NCBI GenBank assembly: GCA_001464695.1
Contig: LNDQ01000108.1
Location: 148,090-212,089, forward strand
Length of the DNA: 64,000 nucleotides
Origin: Betaproteobacteria bacterium Ga0077523
GTDB taxonomy: Bacteria; Pseudomonadota; Gammaproteobacteria; Burkholderiales; Ga0077523
Direction: 5' to 3'
This document shows, in pieces, positions 16,388 to 24,443 of this stretch. The notes beneath the pieces were generated by a model that was not told where the DNA came from, did no database searches, and saw only the letters and a list, made by a program, of their open reading frames with translations. Position numbers and translations under genes: made by a program. Position 1 is the first letter of the stretch, and each line of letters begins with the position of its first letter.

Positions 16388-16537
16388 GGTGACGCCCCCC
16401 CGATGGGCCTGCGGCCCTTCCCCCCAAGGGGCCAGCCCTCTTGTGGGCTGAGGTCGGACACAGACAGTCCCTGCGGACTGTCTGTGCCTACCGAAGGCGA
16501 TCGGTCTCCGACCGATGGCGGCCCGGCGAGGGCTGAG
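16384..16537 (+). repeat. approx. 155-bp structured dispersed repeat, copy 1 (MITE/REP-like)
   Basis: It is near-identical to 45656-45816 and contains perfect hairpins CACAGACAGTCC-CTGC-GGACTGTCTGTG and CGATCGGTC-TCC-GACCGATCG. It starts at the eamA stop codon and overlaps the last ~16 codons of the convergent gene. Confidence 0.85.
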
Positions 16538-17738
16538 GCCGCCGCCGCAAGGCGAGCAGTACCAACCCCGCGCCCAGCAGCGCATAGGTTTCCGGTTCCG
16601 GAATCGGGGCCGTCAGGCCGAGAGCGACGAACTGGGTGAACTGCGTGCCGGAGAAGTTGTTGTCGGAGACCAGGATGAGCGTCTGCGCGTACGGTCCGAA
16701 CCCGGGACCGAACGTGATGCCCTCGATATTGTCGAGAAGCAAAGGGGAACCATCGTCGTTGGTCAATGTGTTGAGATCGAGCAGCAGTTGTTTGCTCATG
16801 GGTGTGAACGTCGCACCTTCGAGCGAGTCGAGGGCGGAGACGTCCGAAGCATTGCGGGCGTCGGCGAGGTAGATGCGGATGCCGTTGCCCGGCACGCCGG
16901 TCGCGAACGACCGCTCGACCGTCAGGAACTGGCGATCGCCGACCGCGAGCATCTCCACCAGGCCATTGGTCGCAAAGGCGCTGGCGGGGGACGGCAGCGC
17001 AGTCAGCGGCCCTACCTCATAGGCGTATTCCGCCTGGGCGGAACGGGTCGCGACATCGAACTCCACGACGCGTGTCGTCGACGGTTGGTTGGTGGCCTGG
17101 GTCACCGGCAACGAATCCTGGGCAAGCCCGTTTTCCGCCGCGACGTACAGCTTGGTGCGGTCGGTGGACAGCGTGAGGCTCTCGAAGGCGAGGTTGTTGT
17201 AGATGCCCGCGTCGCCCGCCACCAGACCCGAGGCGTCGCCGACAGGGTTGAAGCGCGTCGGCACGGCAAAGTCCCCCGTGTGGTTGCCGGCAAGGTCCAT
17301 CGAGCGGACGGTGGGATTCTGGAATCCCGCGGCGGTCCGTTGACCTTCGTTGGACCAGTACAGGGTGTCTCCCACCTTGCGGATCGACTCCGGATCGACC
17401 GTCAACGCCGCGAAGTCGGTGCCCGCCACCGTCTTGAGATTCGTGACCCCGGTGAACGTCACGCCGGCCGAACCGGGCGCGCTCGACCGCGCGAACTGCG
17501 ACAGATCGAGCGTGAGGTCATAGAAACGCGCCGGGTTCAACTGGCTGCGGTCATCGCTGATGGCCCAGTACCGGCTCGCCGCGGCATCGAAGTCGATGCC
17601 CGAAAGGCCGCCGATCGTCGTGCCGGCGTACTGAGCGCCCGTCGGAACGATGTTCTGCCCGATGTACTCGAGAGGTGCGGCAGCGGCCGCGACGGCATGA
17701 AGTCCGAATACGAGTGCACAAACAAGTCTTCTTCGCAT
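16488..17738 (-). CDS. phytase-like (esterase-like activity of phytase family) protein with PEP-CTERM anchor
   Basis: Signal peptide MRRRLVCALVFGLHAVAAAAA. GLSGIDFD...YWAISDD and NIEGITFGP are typical of the phytase-like family. The C-terminal PEP-CTERM reads PIPEPETYALLGAGLVLLALRRR, followed by an unusual 18-aa tail. Confidence 0.75.
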   Translation of the reverse strand: MRRRLVCALVFGLHAVAAAAAPLEYIGQNIVPTGAQYAGTTIGGLSGIDFDAAASRYWAISDDRSQLNPARFYDLTLDLSQFARSSAPGSAGVTFTGVTNLKTVAGTDFAALTVDPESIRKVGDTLYWSNEGQRTAAGFQNPTVRSMDLAGNHTGDFAVPTRFNPVGDASGLVAGDAGIYNNLAFESLTLSTDRTKLYVAAENGLAQDSLPVTQATNQPSTTRVVEFDVATRSAQAEYAYEVGPLTALPSPASAFATNGLVEMLAVGDRQFLTVERSFATGVPGNGIRIYLADARNASDVSALDSLEGATFTPMSKQLLLDLNTLTNDDGSPLLLDNIEGITFGPGFGPYAQTLILVSDNNFSGTQFTQFVALGLTAPIPEPETYALLGAGLVLLALRRRPQPSPGRHRSETDRLR

Positions 17739-17752
17739 GGGAATGCTCCGGT

Positions 17753-19144
17753 TCAATGATTGGCACGACGGCGGGTCGCGGCACCGGCCAGAACGGCGAG
17801 ACCGAGACCCATGAAGCCCCAAGTGCCCGGCTCGGGGACGGGCATCGCCACATCCGCCCACACCGCGCGATGGTCCGAAGTGGGGAATCCGCTGAACAGA
17901 TTCGGATTGCCGAAGGTGCCGACGAGCGGGAACAGGGGATCCGTCGATTCCGGCCAGAACACGCCGCTGCCGACGATGGTCGTGTTGCTCGACGGCAGCA
18001 CGTAGTCGACGCGCAGATTGCCCGCGGCCGTCCCGGCCGGCGTGTCGGCGAAGTCGGCGGTGTCATAGCGGGGATCGCCGACGTCGTTCGCATTGGCACC
18101 GCCCTGCAGGGCGGACTGCTCGGTGCCGCCGGGGGCTTGCGGCGTCACGCTCGTATTCACCTTCGGATCGTTCAGCAGTTGTCCGATGGCGTTGAACGGT
18201 GCATCGCGAAAGCTGTCGCCGTCGAGCAGGTCGGCGTTGTAGTCGCCCGCGATCACGAATACGGCGTCGGACGTCAGCCCACCGGTACCGCCCTGGTCGT
18301 CGTAGATATACGAAGCGCCATTGACGTAGTCCTTCCAGAAGCGGATTTCGTCGTGGTTGCGCTTGCCGTTGCGATCTTCCGAGCCGTCGAACACCGGCGG
18401 TGTCGGATGCGCGGTGAGAAAATGCACCTCCTGCCCGTCGATGTTGAGGACCACGTCGACGTGATTCTTGGAGGACAGGCGCAGCACGTCGATCTCCTCG
18501 GGCGAGTAGAACGCCGCGAGATCATTCGCGGTGGGATCGCTGGTGAGCAGGTTGTCCGGCATGTCCTTCCACAGGAAATTCTGGAAGGTGCGCACGCCGA
18601 CGATCTCGTACTTCGAATAGATCGTCATCCCGAACTGCCCGGCGAAGTTGCCGAAGCCGAAGGCGTCGTCGCCGCCGCCGATGGAACCGTTGTTGTTGAG
18701 ATCGAAACCCGAGGCGATCCCGGTGTTCGTGGTCGGCGTGTAGCCGTACGCATACGAGATGGCGCTTGCCCCGCCCTGCGGAACGCCGAGGAAGTTGCTC
18801 TGGAAGCGCTGGTGCGCGAGGCTCGTGTAGCCGAGCGCGTTCGCCGTGCTCGAAGAGCCTGCGATGCCCGCGTGGTCGTGATCGAACTCGTTGATGAGCA
18901 CTACATCCGGTGCGATGCGCTGGATGACCTGCGCGACGTTCTGCGCCTGGAGGATGCGCCGGGAAACCGGATCCCCGAGACCCGCTCCGGCCGGGTTCGC
19001 GAGATCCGACAGGAGCTCGCCCGACGCATTGCGGTTGAGCGACGCGTTGAACGTGGCGAAGCGGACTGTGGTCGCCGTTTCCGACTGGGCCGCAACCGCG
19101 ACCGGCAGGACGAGCAGCGCTGACGCAAGGATTCTGATGGCCAT
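17753..19144 (-). CDS. endonuclease/exonuclease/phosphatase (EEP) family protein with PEP-CTERM anchor
   Basis: Start MAIRILAS preceded by GAGGAGG. EEP hallmarks are FATFNASLNR, INEFD, GDYNAD and SDHRAVWADV. C-terminal PEP-CTERM VPEPGTWGFMGLGLAVLAGAATRRR. Confidence 0.8.
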   Translation of the reverse strand: MAIRILASALLVLPVAVAAQSETATTVRFATFNASLNRNASGELLSDLANPAGAGLGDPVSRRILQAQNVAQVIQRIAPDVVLINEFDHDHAGIAGSSSTANALGYTSLAHQRFQSNFLGVPQGGASAISYAYGYTPTTNTGIASGFDLNNNGSIGGGDDAFGFGNFAGQFGMTIYSKYEIVGVRTFQNFLWKDMPDNLLTSDPTANDLAAFYSPEEIDVLRLSSKNHVDVVLNIDGQEVHFLTAHPTPPVFDGSEDRNGKRNHDEIRFWKDYVNGASYIYDDQGGTGGLTSDAVFVIAGDYNADLLDGDSFRDAPFNAIGQLLNDPKVNTSVTPQAPGGTEQSALQGGANANDVGDPRYDTADFADTPAGTAAGNLRVDYVLPSSNTTIVGSGVFWPESTDPLFPLVGTFGNPNLFSGFPTSDHRAVWADVAMPVPEPGTWGFMGLGLAVLAGAATRRRANH

Positions 19145-19382
19145 CGGGTTGCCTCCTCGGGATCGACCGCCTGCGAAGACTTCATGCCTGGCGGATAGCG
19201 AGGCAAGCCTAGGGGACCGATTTGACAATCCGGTTCCGCGGTCCGGCAGAAGGCGTAAGCCGATGGAATCACCGGGCAAAACGTAGTTCTTTCGGATCAC
19301 TCACCACATCAGACCAATGTCACACGGCGTGGGTACTTTCAGGAGTCAGGCCCACACCCAAGAACAGCAACCGGAGACCACC

Positions 19383-21020
19383 ATGGCCGTTTCACATCGA
19401 TTGATGCCGACACTGCTCGGCGTCCTCTTCCTCACCACCGCCGGAACGACACCTGCCGCCGGTCCGATCCAGGCGGTCGAGAAGCAATGGTCCTTCGACC
19501 ATTTCGCCGCCAACGCCGGCCGCTCCTCCGAGATCGTGGCGTTCGACGGTGCCAACCAGAATCTCTGGGTGATCGGCGGCAACGGCATCGACGTGCTCGA
19601 CCTCGGTGGCAATCTGTTGAAGTCCTTCGAGACCACCAGCGTGTACGGCGGCGTGAACAGCATCTCGATTCGCAACGGCGTGGCGGCCGTCGCCTTCGGC
19701 AACGCCGTCGCGCGCGACGGTCTCGGCAGCGTGCAGTTCTTCGACACCACTGCGTTCCTCAGTGCCGCCACCGTCGGCGCCGCCAATCTCGGCGGTGTCG
19801 CCGTCGGCAACGTACCCGACATGGTGACCTGGAGTGCCGACGGCTCCATGGTGCTCGTTGCCAATGAAGGCGAGCGCTACGTGGCTTCGGGCACGACGTT
19901 CAATCCGGCCGGCAGCGTCAGCATCATCGACTTCAACGCAGCGGCACCGGGCAGCTCGGTCGTGCATACGGTCGGCTTCACCGCCTTCGACGGACAGGAG
20001 TCGGCGTTGCGCTCGGCTGGCGTGCGGATTCAGGCCGGGCTCGCGGCATCGATCGCGCTCGAACCGGAGTACATCGCGATCTCACCCGACGGCAACACGG
20101 CCCACGTGACGCTGCAGGAAGCCAATGCGATCGGCGTCCTCGACCTCAACACCAGGACCTTCACGAGCATCGTGCCGCTGGGCCTCAAGGACTACAGCCT
20201 GCCCGGCAACCAGATCGATCCCACCGACCAGGACGCCGGCGTGGCGTTCCGCAACGTGCCGGTAAAGAGCATGTACATGCCCGACGGCATCGCTTCCTAC
20301 TCCGCGGGCGGCAGCACGTTCTACGTCATGGCGAACGAGGGCGACGCATTCACCGACGACGGCGACCTGCGCCGCCTCAGCAGTTCCGCAATCGTCCTGG
20401 ATCCGACAGCGTTCCCGAACGCTGCCGACCTCAAGCAGCCGGGTAACCTCGGGCGTCTCAATGTGTCGCTGATCGGTGCGGACGGCCTCGGCGCAGGGCC
20501 TACCGGATTCACCGAAATCGTTTCTTACGGTGGCCGTTCCTTCTCGATCCGCGACGCCAATGGCGCGTTGGTCTTCGACAGCGGCGACATCCTCGACAAG
20601 CAGGCCCACGCGCTCGGCCTGTACGCCGACGGTCGCAGCGACGACAAGGGCGTCGAGCCCGAGGGCGTCGCCTTGTTCACGATCGCCGGTCGCACGCTCG
20701 CCTTCATCGGAATGGAGCGCACCACGCGCAGCGCAGTCGCCGTGTTCGACATCACCGATCCGGCCAACGCGACCTTCCTGCAGATGATCGTCGGCGATCT
20801 CGCCTCGGAAGTCCGGCCCGAAGGTCTGCTCGCCTTCGAGGCCAACGGGAAGATCTTTCTCGCGGTCGCCAACGAGGCGCTGGAGGACATTCCCACCGCC
20901 GCCGGCTCGAACCGGACCGTCCTCTACGAGATCACGCCGGTGCCGGAACCTTCGACCTATGCACTAATGGGTCTCGGTCTTGTCGGCCTGGGGTGGGTCG
21001 CACGGCGCAAACGCGGCTAG
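19383..21020 (+). CDS. choice-of-anchor-I-like / alkaline-phosphatase-like beta-propeller protein with PEP-CTERM anchor
   Basis: Signal peptide. Repeated motifs PDMVTWSADGSMVLVANEGE, EPEYIAISPDGNTAHVTLQEANAIGVLD, MANEGDA, EPEGVALF and AVANE. C-terminal VPEPSTYALMGLGLVGLGWVARRKRG. Confidence 0.7.
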   Translation: MAVSHRLMPTLLGVLFLTTAGTTPAAGPIQAVEKQWSFDHFAANAGRSSEIVAFDGANQNLWVIGGNGIDVLDLGGNLLKSFETTSVYGGVNSISIRNGVAAVAFGNAVARDGLGSVQFFDTTAFLSAATVGAANLGGVAVGNVPDMVTWSADGSMVLVANEGERYVASGTTFNPAGSVSIIDFNAAAPGSSVVHTVGFTAFDGQESALRSAGVRIQAGLAASIALEPEYIAISPDGNTAHVTLQEANAIGVLDLNTRTFTSIVPLGLKDYSLPGNQIDPTDQDAGVAFRNVPVKSMYMPDGIASYSAGGSTFYVMANEGDAFTDDGDLRRLSSSAIVLDPTAFPNAADLKQPGNLGRLNVSLIGADGLGAGPTGFTEIVSYGGRSFSIRDANGALVFDSGDILDKQAHALGLYADGRSDDKGVEPEGVALFTIAGRTLAFIGMERTTRSAVAVFDITDPANATFLQMIVGDLASEVRPEGLLAFEANGKIFLAVANEALEDIPTAAGSNRTVLYEITPVPEPSTYALMGLGLVGLGWVARRKRG

Positions 21021-21042
21021 AGTCGTCGGCCCGCATCCCGGC

Positions 21043-21124
21043 CTTCCCCCGACGACGTCGGGGGAAGGGGTGTACGGCTCCCTCCCCCGGCTTTGCCGGG
21101 GGAGGGCTGGGGTGGGGGCAGCCA
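21043..21124. repeat. G/C-rich REP element (family 'CCCTCCCCC-loop-GGGGGAGGG ... GGGGTGGGGGC'), copy 1
   Basis: Two hairpins, CTTCCCCCGACGACGTCGGGGGAAG and CCCTCCCCCGGCTTTGCCGGGGGAGGG, followed by CTGGGGTGGGGGCAGCC. It lies between convergent stops. Confidence 0.8.
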
Positions 21125-21138
21125 CCCGCCGACCAGCG

Positions 21139-21372
21139 CTACTTCTTCTCGCCCTTGACCGTGTCCTCGATCTTCTCCCCGGCTTTCTCGAGGGCATCGC
21201 CGGTCTTCTCACCGGCCTTCTCGAGCGCTTCGCCGGTCTTCTCGACCGCGTTGTCGATCTTCTTGCCGGCGGTTTCCGCAGGACCTTCCTGCTTGCAGCC
21301 ATACAAGCCGCCTACCGCCAGGGCGGCGGCCAGCAGCAGCGCGAGATGGGAGCGCTTGTCGATTCCGTTCAT
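21139..21372 (-). CDS. small lipoprotein with tandem EKxGE/ALEKAGEK repeats
   Basis: The lipobox AVGGLYGC is followed by VEKTGEALEKAGEKTGDALEKAGEKIEDTVKGEKK. Confidence 0.6.
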   Translation of the reverse strand: MNGIDKRSHLALLLAAALAVGGLYGCKQEGPAETAGKKIDNAVEKTGEALEKAGEKTGDALEKAGEKIEDTVKGEKK

Positions 21373-21496
21373 GTCGTCGTCTCCTGGAAAAGTTGGATAC
21401 CGCGCGCTTGCAGCGCAGTGATGACAAGGTAATCGCTGGCCCGCTCCCCGACTGTGCGGAAACGCACGGATTCCGGAGGCATGGCACGACCCTGGA

Positions 21497-21814
21497 CTAG
21501 GGCGAGTGCGGCGGCTCCGGGCGCTTCCGGTCGGACGCTTTCCGTGCCGCCATCGCGATCAACTGTGCGCTCACCGGCGTCGTGATCGCGACGAACAGCG
21601 TGATCAGCAACTCGTGCAGACTCACACCGTCACCGCGGGTGGAGAAGAACACGATCGAGGCCAGCAGCAATCCGCCGATGCCCAGCGTCGTCGCCTTGCT
21701 CGGCCCGTGCAGTCGCGTCAGCAGATCGGGGAAACGCGCGAGCCCGATGGAACCGAGCAGCGCAAAGACCGCGCCCACGAGTACCAGGATCGAAACCACG
21801 GCATCGACGATCAC
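21497..21814 (-). CDS. mnhG: monovalent cation/H+ antiporter subunit G
   Basis: GTG start at 21812-21814 preceded by GAGGGA. (M)IVDAVVSILVLVGAVFALLGSIGLARFPDLLTRLH is typical of MnhG/PhaG. It is the last gene of the Mrp operon. Confidence 0.8.
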   Translation of the reverse strand: MIVDAVVSILVLVGAVFALLGSIGLARFPDLLTRLHGPSKATTLGIGGLLLASIVFFSTRGDGVSLHELLITLFVAITTPVSAQLIAMAARKASDRKRPEPPHSP

Positions 21815-21824
21815 GGCATTTCCC

Positions 21825-22094
21825 TCATTCGATGATGTCGCCGCGCAGCAGATACTTCGCCAACGCGACGGTCCCGATGAAGCCAAGCGCGGCGATGAGC
21901 AGCGCGGCCTCGAAGTAGAGCGGACTTCCCGTCCGGATGCAGAACAGGATGAGCAATGCCGCGACGTTGATGCTCATGGTATCCAGCGCGAGGATGCGGT
22001 CCACGGCGTCCGGTCCGACGACGAGCCGCCAGACGTTGAGCAGGAGCGCGCAGCCGAACAGCAGCGCGGCGATGACGAGGGCGTTACTCAGCAT
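21825..22094 (-). CDS. mnhF: monovalent cation/H+ antiporter subunit F
   Basis: 89 aa with 3 TM helices; DRILALDT motif; operon position. Confidence 0.8.
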   Translation of the reverse strand: MLSNALVIAALLFGCALLLNVWRLVVGPDAVDRILALDTMSINVAALLILFCIRTGSPLYFEAALLIAALGFIGTVALAKYLLRGDIIE

Positions 22095-22579
22095 ACGAAA
22101 ATCTCCTTCAGCCTCCGCTCGTACCGGGACTTGACCGCCTCGATCACCGTCGCATCATCCTCGGCATCAAGCGCGTGAATGGTGAGCTCGCGAGCACCCA
22201 GATCGAGGTCCACCGAGACCGTGCCGGGGGTGAGAGTGACAGTCACAGCGAGCAAGCTCGCCACCATCGGCTGGTCGATATCGAGCGGCACCACGACGAT
22301 CCTCGGCCGCAAGCGCGCGAGCGGGCTCAGCACCAGGCGCGCGACGTCGACGTTGGCCACGAGGATGTCGCGCAGCACCAGTCCCACGTAGAGCAGTGCC
22401 TTCATCGGCGCTCGGATGCGCGGCAACGTCGGCACGGTCGCTTGAACCGCCCGCCCGATGACGAACCCGAGCACCACCCCGAGGAGCACGTGGCCGACCG
22501 TCAGCGATTGGTTGAACAGCAGCCAGAGCAAGGCCAGCGCCAGCGACAGGCGCGGGTGCGGCAGCAGGCGCGCCATCAT
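22088..22579 (-). CDS. mnhE: monovalent cation/H+ antiporter subunit E
   Basis: Start MMARLLPHPRLSLALALLWLLFNQS. It overlaps the subunit D stop by 4 nt. The 699-aa track ORF is an upstream out-of-gene extension. Confidence 0.8.
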   Translation of the reverse strand: MMARLLPHPRLSLALALLWLLFNQSLTVGHVLLGVVLGFVIGRAVQATVPTLPRIRAPMKALLYVGLVLRDILVANVDVARLVLSPLARLRPRIVVVPLDIDQPMVASLLAVTVTLTPGTVSVDLDLGARELTIHALDAEDDATVIEAVKSRYERRLKEIFVC

Positions 22580-24117
22580 TGCCGCGCCCCCTCTGCCGCG
22601 TCCGGCTCCACCCGAATCGTCCAGCGCAACGCCGTTGCTCCGAGCACCCGATCGACGTAGTCGCCGGGCGTGACCACGTCCTGGGCGGCCTGGCGCACAT
22701 ACCGATCCACGGGACCCGCAAAGATCGTGAGCGCCATGATCGCCGCAACCAGCAACCCTACGGGCGCCAGGCGCGCGGCCGAGGCCGCGGATGGCAGTCC
22801 GTTGCATGGGTCCGGCGCCGCAGACCAGAACAGACGAGTACCCGCACGGACCAGTGCCACCAGGTTGAGCAGCGAGGTGCAAAGGATGATCCCCCACACC
22901 CACGGCATGGCGCCCGCCCCTTGCAGGATCGAGACCTTGCCGAGAAATCCGGCGAGCGGCGGCAAGCCTGCCACTACGACAGCCACGACGACGTAGAGCA
23001 CTCCGATCGCCGCGGCTCCATGCATGCGCGGTGCGCGACACAGCCGATCGCCGAAGCTGCCCCGGGCGCCGCCGAGCGCGTCGGCGAGCAGGAACAATGC
23101 TGGGATGGCGAGCGTGCTCGCGAGCAGGTAATACAGCCCGCCACCAAGACCCGCGATCGAGAACAGCCCGACGGCCGCCAGGGCCATGGCGCTCGACGCA
23201 AGCGCCAGCCACGATGCGAGCTGGGTCAGGGTAACGGCAGCGAAAGCACCCAACGCCGCGCAGACGAGCGAAACCAGTGCCGCCGGCAGCACGATAGCCG
23301 CGAACGCCTCCATGACGTTGCTCGCGCCGAACACGATCCACGCGACGCGGGCCACCGCATAGACCCCCACCTTGGTGAGGACCGAAAACAATCCTGCAAC
23401 GGGTGCCGATGCAGCGGCGTAGGTGCCGGGCAACCACAGATACAACGGTGCCGCTGCCGCCTTCAGCAGGAACACGATCACGAGCAGCAGTCCCCCGGAT
23501 CGGATCCACGGCCCCTGCTCCGGCGGCGCGTTGGCGAGCGCGACGGCGAGATCGGCCATATTGAGAGTCCCGCCGACGCGATAGAGCATGCTCACGGCCA
23601 CGAGGAACAGCGCCGAACCGAGCAGATTCAGCACCACGTAATGGATTCCGACCTTCAAGCGCTGTGCACCGCCGCCGTGCTGCAGCAGTGCGTACGACGC
23701 GATCAGCATCAGCTCGAAGCACACGAACAGGTTGAACAGGTCGCCCGTCAGGAATGCGCCGTTCAACCCCATCAACTGGAAGTGGAAGAGCGCGTGGAAA
23801 TGCGCGCCGCGACTGTCCCAACCCTGGACCGCGTAGAGCACGCTCGCGCACGCCACGACCGCGGTGAGGCAGACCATCAGGGCCGACAGCCGGTCGAGCA
23901 CGAAGACGATGCCGATCCGGGCCGGCCAGTCGCCGAAGGCGTAGACGCCGAAGTCGCCGCCGGCAGCCTGATGGACGAGGACCGCGGACACCACCAGCAA
24001 TGCCAGCACCGACACCAGCGACACCACACGTTGCGTCGCCAGCCGTTCGCGCACCAACAGTAGTCCGCACGCCGTCAGTGCCGGGAGCAGGAACGGGACG
24101 ACGATCCAGTGGTTCAT
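22576..24117 (-). CDS. mnhD: monovalent cation/H+ antiporter subunit D (NuoN/NuoM-like)
   Basis: 513 aa, polytopic, proton-conducting membrane-transporter family. ATGA overlap with subunit C. Confidence 0.85.
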   Translation of the reverse strand: MNHWIVVPFLLPALTACGLLLVRERLATQRVVSLVSVLALLVVSAVLVHQAAGGDFGVYAFGDWPARIGIVFVLDRLSALMVCLTAVVACASVLYAVQGWDSRGAHFHALFHFQLMGLNGAFLTGDLFNLFVCFELMLIASYALLQHGGGAQRLKVGIHYVVLNLLGSALFLVAVSMLYRVGGTLNMADLAVALANAPPEQGPWIRSGGLLLVIVFLLKAAAAPLYLWLPGTYAAASAPVAGLFSVLTKVGVYAVARVAWIVFGASNVMEAFAAIVLPAALVSLVCAALGAFAAVTLTQLASWLALASSAMALAAVGLFSIAGLGGGLYYLLASTLAIPALFLLADALGGARGSFGDRLCRAPRMHGAAAIGVLYVVVAVVVAGLPPLAGFLGKVSILQGAGAMPWVWGIILCTSLLNLVALVRAGTRLFWSAAPDPCNGLPSAASAARLAPVGLLVAAIMALTIFAGPVDRYVRQAAQDVVTPGDYVDRVLGATALRWTIRVEPDAAEGARQ

Positions 24118-24443
24118 CGCGGCGTATCGCCTCCGTCCACATGATCGCTCGCCGTGGTTGCCCGCGCGCGCATGGACAGGACGACAAGATAGGCCGTCAT
24201 GCCGAATCCGATCACGATGGCGGTCAGCACCAGCGCTTGCGGCAACGGGTCGGCCATTGCCACCGCAGCACCGACGATCGGCGGCTGTCCGATGCGAATG
24301 CCGCCGGCCACGAAAACGAACAGGTTGACGGCGTAGGACAGCAAGGCGAGTCCGAGCACCACGGCAAACGTGCGTGCCCGCAGGCAGAGATAGACGCCCG
24401 CTGCAGCGAGCAGGCCGATCGCGGAGGCCAGCAGGAGTTCCAT
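24114..24443 (-). CDS. mnhC: monovalent cation/H+ antiporter subunit C (NuoK-like)
   Basis: 109 aa with 3 TM helices. Its start abuts the stop of subunit A/B. Confidence 0.85.
   Translation of the reverse strand: MELLLASAIGLLAAAGVYLCLRARTFAVVLGLALLSYAVNLFVFVAGGIRIGQPPIVGAAVAMADPLPQALVLTAIVIGFGMTAYLVVLSMRARATTASDHVDGGDTPR

Noticed and set aside
19145-19382. Pho box in the divergent promoter region of the PEP-CTERM phosphoesterase genes.
   Set aside because: Only a single TGTCAC half-site-like hexamer was found (around 19317-19325). There is no tandem 7-bp direct repeat with 4-nt spacing, so the evidence is insufficient.
22088-24187. 699-aa ORF spanning mnhE and the mnhD region; similarly 29890-31890 (666 aa), 30885-32648 (587 aa), 53836-56064 (742 aa) and 34839-37049 (736 aa).
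   Set aside because: Only the C-terminal parts carry family motifs. These parts begin at starts with RBS or stop-start overlaps. The N-terminal extensions overlap other real genes out of frame or run through REP elements.
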